Positions 8,794-18,771 of a DNA stretch of 52,395 nt are shown here, one piece after another (the stretch's first letter is position 1; every line of letters starts with the position of its first letter). This stretch comes from Fidelibacterota bacterium (GTDB lineage Bacteria > Fidelibacterota > Marinisomatia > Marinisomatales > Marinisomataceae). The stretch covers positions 1 to 52,395 of the forward strand of contig JABHGE010000027.1 in NCBI GenBank assembly GCA_018672235.1, written 5' to 3'. The translations under genes were made by a program, and so were the position numbers. The notes beneath the pieces were generated by a model. It was not told where the DNA came from, searched no databases, and saw only the letters and a program-made list of their open reading frames with translations.

Positions 8794-9188
8794 TTAATCC
8801 CTGTTATTTCACTACTACTTCTAATTTTCATCCCTAAGCCATCTACCATTTCTATATTATATTTTTTCATAACAATAGTCTCAGGAATTTCATCCAAACT
8901 CCTATCGCCCCCATTAGCAAAGATATCTGGCTTTAGATATTCTAAGCTCTTACAAACACTCTTATCTTTATCGATACTTAAAAAGACCTCATCAACACAT
9001 CGTAATGCACCAACAATTTCTAGCCTATCATCTTCTGGCATAAATGACGTACCTTTTTTTAGCCCCGCCTGATAATCGCTATTAACAATTACAATTAATT
9101 TGTCTCCTAATTTTTTAGCCATTTTTAAATATTCTAAATGCCCTACATGAATAGGATCAAAATATCCGCTTACCGCTACTACTTTCAT
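8790..9188 (-). CDS. Stand-alone cytidylyltransferase/adenylyltransferase (HIGH superfamily)
   Basis: SGYFDPIHVGH, ANGGDR, RSSS; start moved to the ATG at 9188 (ATGA overlap). Confidence 0.9.
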   Translation of the reverse strand: MKVVAVSGYFDPIHVGHLEYLKMAKKLGDKLIVIVNSDYQAGLKKGTSFMPEDDRLEIVGALRCVDEVFLSIDKDKSVCKSLEYLKPDIFANGGDRSLDEIPETIVMKKYNIEMVDGLGMKIRSSSEITGIK

Positions 9189-10306
9189 TCTGCAATTTCC
9201 TGTTGATATTCCCAAAGAGGCAATTCTAGCTCCCAGTTAGCTCGACAAGATAAAGAGTCGGAGTAGGTATAAAATTCTTCTGACTGTATTTTATCGAGAA
9301 ACGAACCTGTATCTAATTTATTATTATTATTTCTATCTTCATATATCAAGAGTTGATATTCGCCTGCTATAATATCATTAATAGTATATGAGCCATCTAA
9401 ATTGACAGCTTCCACATAGAAATGAGAATTATTTTGTAATAACATCTTGATAGGATGCAAAAATTTTCCTTTCACTATTCCTGATACATCAGCTGTTTTT
9501 ACTATATCGCTTTCACTGCTTGCAACTACATCTAAACTGTCTATATCTAATACTTCTGAATCAGAAATTTGATGTATAAAAAAATCAATATTTTTTAGGT
9601 TAGCCTCTTTAGTTGATAGTAAATTTTTATGATAAAATGCATATCTTCCTTTTGAATAATCAATATTTGATCCATACTGTTCTACTGCAAGAATAGAAAA
9701 ATTATCTGCTGGCAAATACTTAAAAATATAACTATCATCGCTTGTCGTATTTGCAATATAATCTGGATCAGTACTTAGCATAGATTTATAATCTAATATT
9801 CCTCTCCATAATAAGATAGATGCATGATCAAAATTGCCATAAACGGTACCCTTTATCGTAGAGGAATCAAATACGGGATCTGAAGTAAATGGAATACTAA
9901 TATCTGTTTTAATTTCTACTCCATGTTCATCTGCAAGTGTGGTATTTAATACAATCATATAAGTCGTATTTTTAGATAAATTTGATGGAAGCCATACATC
10001 AATCTTATCTCCTCGAAATTCATATTGAATTTTATCAGAATGCATTGGGAATATATTAATAGCATTTTTGATTGAGCTTTCTTTTAAATATTCACTTAAA
10101 CGAATTGTAATCTTTTGTTCAGGCTTAACATTTATTAGTATTTCTGGCTGGGTTCCTACAAGCGATGGAGGGCTTTCATCTAAAGGACCTCCTTCTGGAT
10201 TCATAACGGATGCACAATTACTTAGTACCATTACAACTGATAAAATAAGAAATATTTTATTTATATAACGGTCGAAGAACATCTGTTTTTTGTTTCTATT
10301 TATCAT
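9185..10306 (-). CDS. Ig-like (Big_5/SbsA-type) domain lipoprotein of FCB type
   Basis: Lipobox LSNC followed by ASVMNPEGGPLDESPP; C-terminal DRNNNNKLDTG Ca-binding-like loop. Confidence 0.8.
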   Translation of the reverse strand: MINRNKKQMFFDRYINKIFLILSVVMVLSNCASVMNPEGGPLDESPPSLVGTQPEILINVKPEQKITIRLSEYLKESSIKNAINIFPMHSDKIQYEFRGDKIDVWLPSNLSKNTTYMIVLNTTLADEHGVEIKTDISIPFTSDPVFDSSTIKGTVYGNFDHASILLWRGILDYKSMLSTDPDYIANTTSDDSYIFKYLPADNFSILAVEQYGSNIDYSKGRYAFYHKNLLSTKEANLKNIDFFIHQISDSEVLDIDSLDVVASSESDIVKTADVSGIVKGKFLHPIKMLLQNNSHFYVEAVNLDGSYTINDIIAGEYQLLIYEDRNNNNKLDTGSFLDKIQSEEFYTYSDSLSCRANWELELPLWEYQQEIAE

Positions 10307-11432
10307 ATCTCTTTAAATAATCTTCAGACCATTTTACAAAACTATTATTATTAATTTCAAATTTAATTTCATCAATTAAATCAAAGTAATATGCAATATT
10401 CGTCAATGTTGCAATGCGGATACCAAGCATTTCATTTACTTTGAATAAATGCCTTAAATAAGATTTAGAATACTCTTGAGCAAATAGAATACTACTTTTT
10501 GCATCAATACGAGAAGTATCATCTTTATACTTACTATTTAGAATGTTGATTGGTCCTTCGTTTGTAAAGATTTGTCCATTCCTTGCATTGCGAGTAGGTA
10601 ATACGCAATCAAACATGTCTACACCAGATAAAATTGACTTTACGATATCCGTAGGCTTTCCCACTCCCATTAAATAGCGGGGCTGCTCTTTTGGCATATA
10701 CTTTCCTAGTGTATTTACGATATCAAACATAGGATCTTTTTTTTCTCCTACTGATAGTCCGCCAATAGCTAAGCCGCATGTAGCAAATGGAAGCATCTGA
10801 TCTAAACATTTTAATCGCTCTTCTTTATCGATACCTCCTTGAATAATTGGAAATAATGTTTGACCATGTCCATACAGAGTAGGCTGATCATTTAAATATT
10901 CATACGCCCTTCTTGTCCAATCTTCTGTCAGTCTAGAGGCTCGTTTTAATTCTTTTTTTGAACAGTCTGCGGAAGGGCAATAATCAAAAGCCATAATAAT
11001 ATCCGATCCTAATTTTCTTTGTACCTCCATTGAAGTTTCTGGTGTAAAAAAATGCATACTTCCATCGAGATGTGATTTAAAATTTACTCCATTATCTGTA
11101 ATCTCATTCATCTTACTTAATGAAAAAACTTGATATCCTCCACTATCAGTTAGAATACTATTTGACCAGTTCAGAAAATTATGGAGACCTCCATTTTTTT
11201 CTATAATATCTGTTCCAGGTCTTAAATAAAGATGATACGTATTAGAAAGCATAATTTGTGTATTGATATCATATAGTTCATTTGGAGATATTGATTTAAC
11301 TACACCATGAGTACCAACTGGCATAAAAACAGGTGTTTCTATTACAGAATGATCTGTTTCTATTTTACCTACTCTTGCTAATGAATGTTTATCTTCGGAT
11401 TCAATTGTAAACTTCAAGCGACTACCAATCAT
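10296..11432 (-). CDS. tgt: tRNA-guanine(34) transglycosylase
   Basis: TPVFMPVGT, SNTYHL, TDSGGYQVFSL, GGLSVGE, PRYLMGVG, DMFDCVLPTRNARNG. Confidence 0.97.
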   Translation of the reverse strand: MIGSRLKFTIESEDKHSLARVGKIETDHSVIETPVFMPVGTHGVVKSISPNELYDINTQIMLSNTYHLYLRPGTDIIEKNGGLHNFLNWSNSILTDSGGYQVFSLSKMNEITDNGVNFKSHLDGSMHFFTPETSMEVQRKLGSDIIMAFDYCPSADCSKKELKRASRLTEDWTRRAYEYLNDQPTLYGHGQTLFPIIQGGIDKEERLKCLDQMLPFATCGLAIGGLSVGEKKDPMFDIVNTLGKYMPKEQPRYLMGVGKPTDIVKSILSGVDMFDCVLPTRNARNGQIFTNEGPINILNSKYKDDTSRIDAKSSILFAQEYSKSYLRHLFKVNEMLGIRIATLTNIAYYFDLIDEIKFEINNNSFVKWSEDYLKRYDK

Positions 11433-14400
11433 AGCCTATAGATAAAATATATTGGGGCTTAGAATAATCACCATTTGGATATCGATCCCATGCAGTATCA
11501 AGCCTTAACAAAGCCCAAGGAGTAAACATTTTCATTCCAATTCCAAACGTAGAAATAATAGCAGAAGCCTCTGGATCAGATAAACCATATTTTTCTCTTA
11601 CTAAAGCACTATCACTAAACTCTTCACTAGAATCCCATGCAGCTCCTACATCAACAAATAAATGTCCAAAAATATTTCCAAATCTGATTCTTGCAGGAAA
11701 ACTAACATCTACATAATTCACAAAAGGAAATCTAAATTCAAAATTTGCAACTGCAACATTCTCCCCTGTACGTTCTCTGTATCTTGAACCTCTTACTGGA
11801 AATACATATTCACTGAAATAAATATCTTCTAGCAAAGAAGAATTATCATATTCTAAAACTCTTTCAGCATAAAAACCTGAGTCATCTCTACCTTCTGTCT
11901 GAGTATCTGAAAAGATGGTCATTTGAGAATTTCCACCTAAAAAGAATCTTTGAGGATTTTCTCCTATACTTTTTCCTAACATCAATCGCGCTGCTATACT
12001 ATAGTTTCTATCAATTTTAAAATATTTTCTAATATCAAACTTAATAGTCTGAAAAGGGATAGAGTCCTCCCCAATATCTGGGCTAAACTGAAAAGTAAGA
12101 TATTGTTTTAATCCATCATTTGGGCCTGTATAAGTATTCGTAGTGTTATCAAAGACCCAACTAACCATTGGCATTACTGCTGTAAGATTTTCTGTATAGA
12201 GAGAGTTATAAGTTAAATTGTAAATATCAAATTCTTTCACTTCATAGTTTGCAGATCTGATAGTTCCCCCAAAATCAATACGACTAAACTTAGAAAAAGG
12301 ATACTGTGCAAAAAATCCTATCCCATAATCTCTTAATTTTCCTATATAATCAGAAGTAAGGCTATAGCCCAATGAAAAAGTGTTAGCCTGCTGAAATAAT
12401 GTACCATAATAGTTTATTCTATTTTTCAAGTAAGCATAACTAATTATTACATCACTATTATCTAAATCTAATACGAGATTTGTACCGATCATAATCTGAT
12501 GATCTCCCATAACATCACTCCAAGCAAGATTTGCTAATGCGCGAGTACCAAAAAGATTATCAATAGAGGCTCTGGTTGCGATATAGTCAATAGAGAAATC
12601 TGTTTTATATGCTTTAGATATATATCCATCAGCAAAACGTAATGAATCTATTGCCGTATCTTGTCTATCAACATCTTTATCATTATCATTAAATCTTCTG
12701 TAATTTCTAGCAAAGATATAACTTGAATAATCCTCTGATTGTTCGCTGGGTAGTGCAGTTTTCACAAAACGTAGATCTTCAAATATGTCCACATTATTTC
12801 TTTCGCTATAAAATTTTGTTTCTGGGACTAACTTTTCTTCTTTATTTTGAGCCTGATTCATTACAAATAAATCCCATCCTCTTTCGGAATAGCCAGAAAA
12901 AACTAATTTATTGCCAGAACTATCGATATCAATTTGCTGAATACCTGTTATAACATTAGTAATAGGAGAGAAGATCTTACTGCCTATTTCATGTCTAAAA
13001 ATATTATATACGCCATTATAATCTGCCGTATAAAACAACACATCATCTTTAGTTAAAACCGGATAATTCTCATTGTAAGAGGTGTTTGTAATTTGTTTAA
13101 TCTTTTTATCAGAGAAATCATACATAAATAGATCTGTTTGAGAAAAATCTATATCAAACATATCAGGAGAACCTTTATTAGTCCCTCTATCAGAACTAAA
13201 TATAATTTTATCTCCACTTGGTGACCAGAATGGAGAAAAGTCTGAAAAAGTATCATTGGTTAAATTTGTTAATCCTTTTGTATCTATGTTTATTACATAT
13301 AGATCGCTTGCATCATCTTTGTGGCCTATAAATACAATCTTATTATCAGTAGGATGCCATGCTGTAGTAAACACGCCATCTAATGGAATAGGTATTTTTC
13401 TATAGTCTCCATCTTTGGCATCAACAATAATAATAGAATCTTCTTTTCCACTCTTAGAAGCAAAGGCAATATACTTTCCATCTGGAGACCAAGACAATCC
13501 TGGCTGCAACCATTTTAACTCTTCAAGGTCTGGACTGTTATTACCTCGGATTAATCGTTTTTTCTGTTCTCCTGCATCGAGATTATAAAGGATTAAATCC
13601 ATATAACCCGCCTGATCTGTAAAATATGCCACTGTATTACCATCAGGTGAAAATGAAGGACTCACGTTATAAAAGTTTTTTGTTTTAGATCTATCTGTAA
13701 TTTTTTCTGCAAAATCAGTAATTTTTTCTCTGCTATTAATATCAGACCAATATTCTTTTTTTAAGTAATCATGCCAATTGTCTGTAAGTGTTTCAAAATC
13801 TACCCCTAGTGCATTTTTAAATCCTTTTTCTGCATTCTGAGTTCTTTTCATTTGCTGAAATATTTCACCAACTTTTTCTCTTCCATATTTTTTGGTAATG
13901 TATTGCCATACAGACTGCCCTCCTTTATAGGCTAATATAGAATAGTTTAATTCTTGGATTTCTGGTAGCCTTTCTTCAATAGCGAGATCACGTAAAACCA
14001 TATCTGCATTAGTATCCCAATCAACAGATAAAAATTCTGACAAGCCTTCATTAGCCCAAAGTGGTATTTGTAGCAGTATCTTTCCACTTATCAAACCTTG
14101 AGCATTTCCTCCATATACCATGTCATTGATGGATGCATGGACTAGCTCATGATGAATAACATGCTTAAACTGCTCATAGGAGCCTTCAAATGGGATCACA
14201 ATACGATTCTTATATAACTCCGTTACTCCACCCACTCCTTCAGGCATATAAGAATTCACAATATTAGTTTGTTGAAAATCGTTATGCGATGTATAGACAA
14301 TAATTTTAACTGGCTTATTGCTTCTCCACCTTAAATGCTTACCTATCTGATCTAGCGATTCTTCTGCAACTTTAGATGTAAAAATAGCTAAATCATGATT

Positions 14401-14538
14401 ATCCCCATAGTAGTAAACATTGAAATTAGGGCTAACAATATATTCCCAATCGAAAGTATCATATTGGACTTTATTTTGACCAAAATTTTGACCAAAGACT
14501 AATTGACTGCATAAAAGATATATTATTATGAACTTCAT
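11422..14538 (-). CDS. Omp85/BamA-family outer-membrane protein with N-terminal gluzincin-type peptidase and PD40/TolB-like beta-propeller
   Basis: Signal peptide, FGQNKVQY, HELVH...WANEGLSE, SPDG repeats, VRG, EFRFP, FVDVG, terminal W; start moved to the ATG at 14538. Confidence 0.85.
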   Translation of the reverse strand: MKFIIIYLLCSQLVFGQNFGQNKVQYDTFDWEYIVSPNFNVYYYGDNHDLAIFTSKVAEESLDQIGKHLRWRSNKPVKIIVYTSHNDFQQTNIVNSYMPEGVGGVTELYKNRIVIPFEGSYEQFKHVIHHELVHASINDMVYGGNAQGLISGKILLQIPLWANEGLSEFLSVDWDTNADMVLRDLAIEERLPEIQELNYSILAYKGGQSVWQYITKKYGREKVGEIFQQMKRTQNAEKGFKNALGVDFETLTDNWHDYLKKEYWSDINSREKITDFAEKITDRSKTKNFYNVSPSFSPDGNTVAYFTDQAGYMDLILYNLDAGEQKKRLIRGNNSPDLEELKWLQPGLSWSPDGKYIAFASKSGKEDSIIIVDAKDGDYRKIPIPLDGVFTTAWHPTDNKIVFIGHKDDASDLYVINIDTKGLTNLTNDTFSDFSPFWSPSGDKIIFSSDRGTNKGSPDMFDIDFSQTDLFMYDFSDKKIKQITNTSYNENYPVLTKDDVLFYTADYNGVYNIFRHEIGSKIFSPITNVITGIQQIDIDSSGNKLVFSGYSERGWDLFVMNQAQNKEEKLVPETKFYSERNNVDIFEDLRFVKTALPSEQSEDYSSYIFARNYRRFNDNDKDVDRQDTAIDSLRFADGYISKAYKTDFSIDYIATRASIDNLFGTRALANLAWSDVMGDHQIMIGTNLVLDLDNSDVIISYAYLKNRINYYGTLFQQANTFSLGYSLTSDYIGKLRDYGIGFFAQYPFSKFSRIDFGGTIRSANYEVKEFDIYNLTYNSLYTENLTAVMPMVSWVFDNTTNTYTGPNDGLKQYLTFQFSPDIGEDSIPFQTIKFDIRKYFKIDRNYSIAARLMLGKSIGENPQRFFLGGNSQMTIFSDTQTEGRDDSGFYAERVLEYDNSSLLEDIYFSEYVFPVRGSRYRERTGENVAVANFEFRFPFVNYVDVSFPARIRFGNIFGHLFVDVGAAWDSSEEFSDSALVREKYGLSDPEASAIISTFGIGMKMFTPWALLRLDTAWDRYPNGDYSKPQYILSIGYDW

Positions 14539-14545
14539 ATCGATA

Positions 14546-14574
14546 ATATTAATATTGAACAAGCTTAGTTTAAA
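14546..14574 (-). promoter_or_regulatory. Putative sigma70 promoter, probably leaderless, for the Omp85-tgt-HIT-SSS operon
   Basis: TTTAAA-17-TAATAT, then 7 nt to the ATG at 14538. Confidence 0.4.
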
Positions 14575-14583
14575 GGGTAATTT
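14555..14583 (+). promoter_or_regulatory. Putative sigma70 promoter, probably leaderless, for lpxH
   Basis: TTGAAC-17-TAATTT, then 5 nt to the ATG at 14589. Confidence 0.5.
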
Positions 14584-14585
14584 TT

Positions 14586-15326
14586 ATGATGCAACTACCG
14601 ATATACTTCTTTGGAGACACTCACCTTAAGTCTTCGGGTTCAAATCAGGAAAATAAGGAGTTAGAAAAATTTTCAAAATTCTTAGATTCTATCTCTAAAG
14701 ATAGTACAAAAGGATCTATATTTATTATGGGGGATTTTTTTGATTATTATTTTGAATATCAGAATCAGACCACCAGTAATTATGAAAAAATATTTACTAA
14801 AATTCAACAAATTAAAGATAAAGGCTTCGAAATTTACTTTATAGCCGGTAATCATGATTATTGGATTGGAAAATATTTTAAAAAATACTTCACAAAAACT
14901 TTTTTAGATGATACAGTAATAACTCATAATAATAAAAATATATACATTACACATGGAGATGGAATTTTATCTTGGGATAAATCATATCGCCTATTAAAGA
15001 GAGTTATTCGTAGTAATGTATTCATTAAAACCTATTCTCTTCTTCCAAAAAGTATTGCACTAAAAATTGCAGATAAAATATCTTATGAAAGAAAAAATTC
15101 GCATCATATCAGTGAAGAAAAAATCAATAATATTCATACTGAATTAGAACATTTTGCCAAAGGAAAAATGAATCAAGATTTTACATATGTTATTATGGGC
15201 CATTATCATCATTCTTATCATAAAACATTCAGAAACGGCGAACTAATTCTATTAGATGAATGCAATAAAGAAAATTATAATTATGCTATATTTGACGGTG
15301 ATAAATTAGAAATCAAAAATTTCTAG
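14586..15326 (+). CDS. lpxH: UDP-2,3-diacylglucosamine diphosphatase (calcineurin-like metallophosphoesterase)
   Basis: GDTHL, GDFFD, GNHD, HGD, GHYH; LPS-gene neighbourhood; start could be 14589. Confidence 0.82.
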   Translation: MMQLPIYFFGDTHLKSSGSNQENKELEKFSKFLDSISKDSTKGSIFIMGDFFDYYFEYQNQTTSNYEKIFTKIQQIKDKGFEIYFIAGNHDYWIGKYFKKYFTKTFLDDTVITHNNKNIYITHGDGILSWDKSYRLLKRVIRSNVFIKTYSLLPKSIALKIADKISYERKNSHHISEEKINNIHTELEHFAKGKMNQDFTYVIMGHYHHSYHKTFRNGELILLDECNKENYNYAIFDGDKLEIKNF

Positions 15327-16246
15327 AGTTTATCACATAATGTAACCATAATAGCATTCTGAGTATGTAAGCGATTTTCTGCTTGCTCAAAAACAACAGA
15401 ATTTTTTGAGTCAATTACATTATCTGTAACTTCTCTTCCTCTTTCTGCAGGTAAACAGTGCATGAATAGATAGTCATCTTTAGCATGTGCTGACAGAGAA
15501 TCATTAACCTGAAAAGGAGAAAATATTTTAATCCTTTGATCAATTTCTTCTTTTTGTCCCATGGAAGCCCATACATCAGTATAAATCACATCTGCATTCA
15601 TGACACCCTTTATAGGGTCATTGGTTATATTAATTTTAGATAGATTTTTTGATTCTGCAAACTTGATTGTTTCTGGATCAGGCTCATAGCCTTCTGGACA
15701 AACGCAGGTAAATTCAAATGGCAAGATACTTGCTAATCTAATCCATGAATTAACAATATTGTTACCATCGCCAACATATGCAACTTTCAAATCATTAATA
15801 TTTTTTTGCTTTGCTTCCCAAATTGTAAACATATCAGTTAAAATTTGACAAGGATGATTATAGTCAGTTAATCCATTAATTACCGGAACAGTGGAATGTT
15901 TTTCAAAATCTAACATATCACTATGGCTAAATACTCTGGCCATGATTAAATCATTGTACCTACTAAATAATTGAGCTAAATCTGACGCACTCTCTCTCTT
16001 ACCCAAGCCGATATCTTGAGGAGCTAAATAGATTGCATGGCCTCCCATCCAAGAAAATCCTGTCTCAAAAGATACTCTTGTTCTGGCGGAAGGTTTTGCA
16101 AAAATCATTGCCATAGAATGGTTTTTGAATGGCCTAAAATCTTCTTTTGTTCTATACTTGTGTTTTAACTCGGCAGTTAAGTCAAATAAATCAATTATTT
16201 CATTTCCTGAAAAATCATCAACTTTAATACAATGTTTAAGATTCAT
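15323..16246 (-). CDS. argF: Ornithine carbamoyltransferase
   Basis: PSARTRVSF, HPCQ, DVWASMG, HCLP, AENR. Confidence 0.96.
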   Translation of the reverse strand: MNLKHCIKVDDFSGNEIIDLFDLTAELKHKYRTKEDFRPFKNHSMAMIFAKPSARTRVSFETGFSWMGGHAIYLAPQDIGLGKRESASDLAQLFSRYNDLIMARVFSHSDMLDFEKHSTVPVINGLTDYNHPCQILTDMFTIWEAKQKNINDLKVAYVGDGNNIVNSWIRLASILPFEFTCVCPEGYEPDPETIKFAESKNLSKINITNDPIKGVMNADVIYTDVWASMGQKEEIDQRIKIFSPFQVNDSLSAHAKDDYLFMHCLPAERGREVTDNVIDSKNSVVFEQAENRLHTQNAIMVTLCDKL

Positions 16247-17535
16247 TTTAATTTCCTTTTCTTGATATTTAATATGTTCATTGATTCTCTATACTTTGCT
16301 ACTGTTCGTCTTGCAATAGTAAAGTCGTTTGCATCTAATAATTTCACAATCTCCAAATCAGATAAAGGCTGATTTTTATCTTCTGCTTCTACAATATTTC
16401 TTATAGTAGTTTTCAAATCTTCTACTCCCACTACTTTGCCAGATTTTTTTACTATCTTGCTAGTAAAAAGACTTTTTAAACTTAAAGTTCCTAAGGGAGT
16501 ATCAATATATTTATTTTTTACCGTTCTACTAATACTGGATATATCCATATCAATTTTTTTAGCAATGTCTTCTAGCTTTAGCGGGTTAGGATGTTTCTGT
16601 TTTTCAGACAAGTAGTCACGCTGTATATTGAGAACCTCGCTTACCACCTTTCTCAAGGTATTTGATCGAAATAAAATAGTATCTAATAAATCTTGCGCAC
16701 TATTAATGTGCTTATCAATAAAAGATTTTTCTTCCTTGGATGTCTTTTGATCCATTACTGCATTTAAATATTCATTGGATATTTTGAATTTACTTAAGTG
16801 CCTATCATTGATCAGGATAAACCATTCATCATTTTTCATCCTTAAAATAACATCAGGATTGACCTGTTGATTTTTTTCACTTAAATCTATTATTGGTGAA
16901 AATTTTTTTGAAGAAATAATAGTTAATGCATGCTCAAATTCAGCGTCTGAGCAAGATAGTCCTAATTTTATATCTAGAAATTCTTGATTAAGAAATTGAT
17001 CAAAGTGACTACCAATAATATCCAATGCAGTTTTTTCTTTTTGATCAATTTGCAACATAAGATATTCTTGTAGATTGCTACATCCTACACCCTTAGGATT
17101 TAAGGTTTTAACAAAGGCTAAAGTATTTTCAACCTCTTGGATATTTACATCGACATTATCTGCAATTAATTCTAATTCAGAGTCTAAAAATCCGCTATTA
17201 TCCACATTGAATACAATTTGTTGGGCTATTTCTTTAGATTTATCATCAATCTCAGATTGATCAATTTGACTTATAAGATTATCAATGGTACTCTTATCTT
17301 CTGGTAAATTAGATAAAAATAAATCATAGTTTGCTTGATTATCAAGACCATAATTTTCATTATCTTTACCTACAAATTCTTCAGTATTTTTTTCAATTAA
17401 AGCAGGATTTTTTTGGATTTCATTTTCTAGTTCTTTTTCAATTTCATCAAGACTAAGCTCTAAAAGCCTAGATTGAAGTATTTGTTTTGGTGTTATAGAC
17501 TGTTTTTGTCTAATCTTAGTAGAAAACTTATTCAT
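16243..17535 (-). CDS. rpoN: RNA polymerase sigma-54 factor
   Basis: Q/L-rich region I, SSISRTV helix-turn-helix, RpoN box ARRTVAKYRE. Confidence 0.95.
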   Translation of the reverse strand: MNKFSTKIRQKQSITPKQILQSRLLELSLDEIEKELENEIQKNPALIEKNTEEFVGKDNENYGLDNQANYDLFLSNLPEDKSTIDNLISQIDQSEIDDKSKEIAQQIVFNVDNSGFLDSELELIADNVDVNIQEVENTLAFVKTLNPKGVGCSNLQEYLMLQIDQKEKTALDIIGSHFDQFLNQEFLDIKLGLSCSDAEFEHALTIISSKKFSPIIDLSEKNQQVNPDVILRMKNDEWFILINDRHLSKFKISNEYLNAVMDQKTSKEEKSFIDKHINSAQDLLDTILFRSNTLRKVVSEVLNIQRDYLSEKQKHPNPLKLEDIAKKIDMDISSISRTVKNKYIDTPLGTLSLKSLFTSKIVKKSGKVVGVEDLKTTIRNIVEAEDKNQPLSDLEIVKLLDANDFTIARRTVAKYRESMNILNIKKRKLK

Positions 17536-18263
17536 TAATCTAGTCTAAATTTTTTCCCTAGATATATTCTTCTGACTTCTTCGTCATTTGCAAGCGTTTC
17601 TGCATCTCCAGATTTTAAAATTTCTCCACTATATAATAAATAAGATCTGTCTGTAATTGAAAGGGTCTCTCTTACATTATGGTCAGTAATCAACACTCCT
17701 ATATTTTTCTTTTTTAATGAAATGATCATTTGTTGAATATCTTCTACTGCAATCGGATCTACTCCAGCAAAAGGTTCATCTAGAAGAACAAAATCAGGTT
17801 TTAGTGCCAGAGTACGACATATCTCAACACGTCGCCTTTCTCCACCAGAAAGACTTGAGCCTAAACTTTTTCTTAAGTGATTGATATTAAATTGATCTAA
17901 TAATTCATCAATTAAATTATTCTGATCTATGTCTTTTGGCAAAATTGTCTCTAATACAATTTTCAAATTATCTTCTACGGTTAGTTTTCCAAAAATAGAT
18001 GGTTCTTGGGCAAGATATCCAATACCCATTCTTGCGCGCTTATACATTGGAAGATTTGTAATATCTACATCTCCCAGTGATATAGTACCAGATGAAGGTC
18101 GAATCATTCCTGTAATCATATAAAATGTAGTAGTTTTTCCAGCGCCATTAGGACCCAGAAGACCTACGATTTCTCCTTTTTCTAAATTAATATCAATATT
18201 GTTGACAACATTTTTTTGAGAATAGTTTTTTTTCAAGCTTTTTGCACTTAATGTTTTACTCAT
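17535..18263 (-). CDS. lptB: LPS export ABC transporter ATP-binding protein
   Basis: GPNGAGKTTTFYM, YLAQE, LSGGERRRVEI, DEPFAGVDP, TDHNVRETL. Confidence 0.97.
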   Translation of the reverse strand: MSKTLSAKSLKKNYSQKNVVNNIDINLEKGEIVGLLGPNGAGKTTTFYMITGMIRPSSGTISLGDVDITNLPMYKRARMGIGYLAQEPSIFGKLTVEDNLKIVLETILPKDIDQNNLIDELLDQFNINHLRKSLGSSLSGGERRRVEICRTLALKPDFVLLDEPFAGVDPIAVEDIQQMIISLKKKNIGVLITDHNVRETLSITDRSYLLYSGEILKSGDAETLANDEEVRRIYLGKKFRLD

Positions 18264-18771
18264 TGTTAATAGAGCCTCTTGGTTTTATAATTTTCCAATC
18301 TGTTAAATCAATATTAGATTCAAATCCCATACCATACAATGTATCAAAATCTCCAGAAATAAAAGTTAAATTTGCATCAGTAAAAATTTTATCTTTTTTA
18401 TTATCCCAAAGCAATGAATCTGTCAAGAGCTGTTGTCCGTTATCAGCAGAAACCACTACATCTCCAAATGCATAAATTTTATTTTCTTTCTCACTTACAA
18501 ATGCATAATGAGAGGTGATAAGCGATTTATGTTTATAGTTATCATCATATAAATCTACATTAACATTATCTGTTAACTTTAATTCTAAATTTTCATTATT
18601 TCGCTCTAGTAGGTTTGACTTAATAAGTGCTTTAATATTTCCTTTTTCAGTCAAAGTGATTTCTACGCTACTAGATACTTGATCGTGGATATCCTGTAGA
18701 GGTATGTCATTTTGATAAGATTTAGAACAGCTAATTAAAATAAAAAATGGTACTAAATAATAATAGTTCAT
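18256..18771 (-). CDS. lptC: LPS export periplasmic protein LptC (lipoprotein)
   Basis: Lipobox LISC, beta-jellyroll pattern (TDSLLWD, LYGMGF), position between kdsC and lptB. Confidence 0.85.
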   Translation of the reverse strand: MNYYYLVPFFILISCSKSYQNDIPLQDIHDQVSSSVEITLTEKGNIKALIKSNLLERNNENLELKLTDNVNVDLYDDNYKHKSLITSHYAFVSEKENKIYAFGDVVVSADNGQQLLTDSLLWDNKKDKIFTDANLTFISGDFDTLYGMGFESNIDLTDWKIIKPRGSINNE

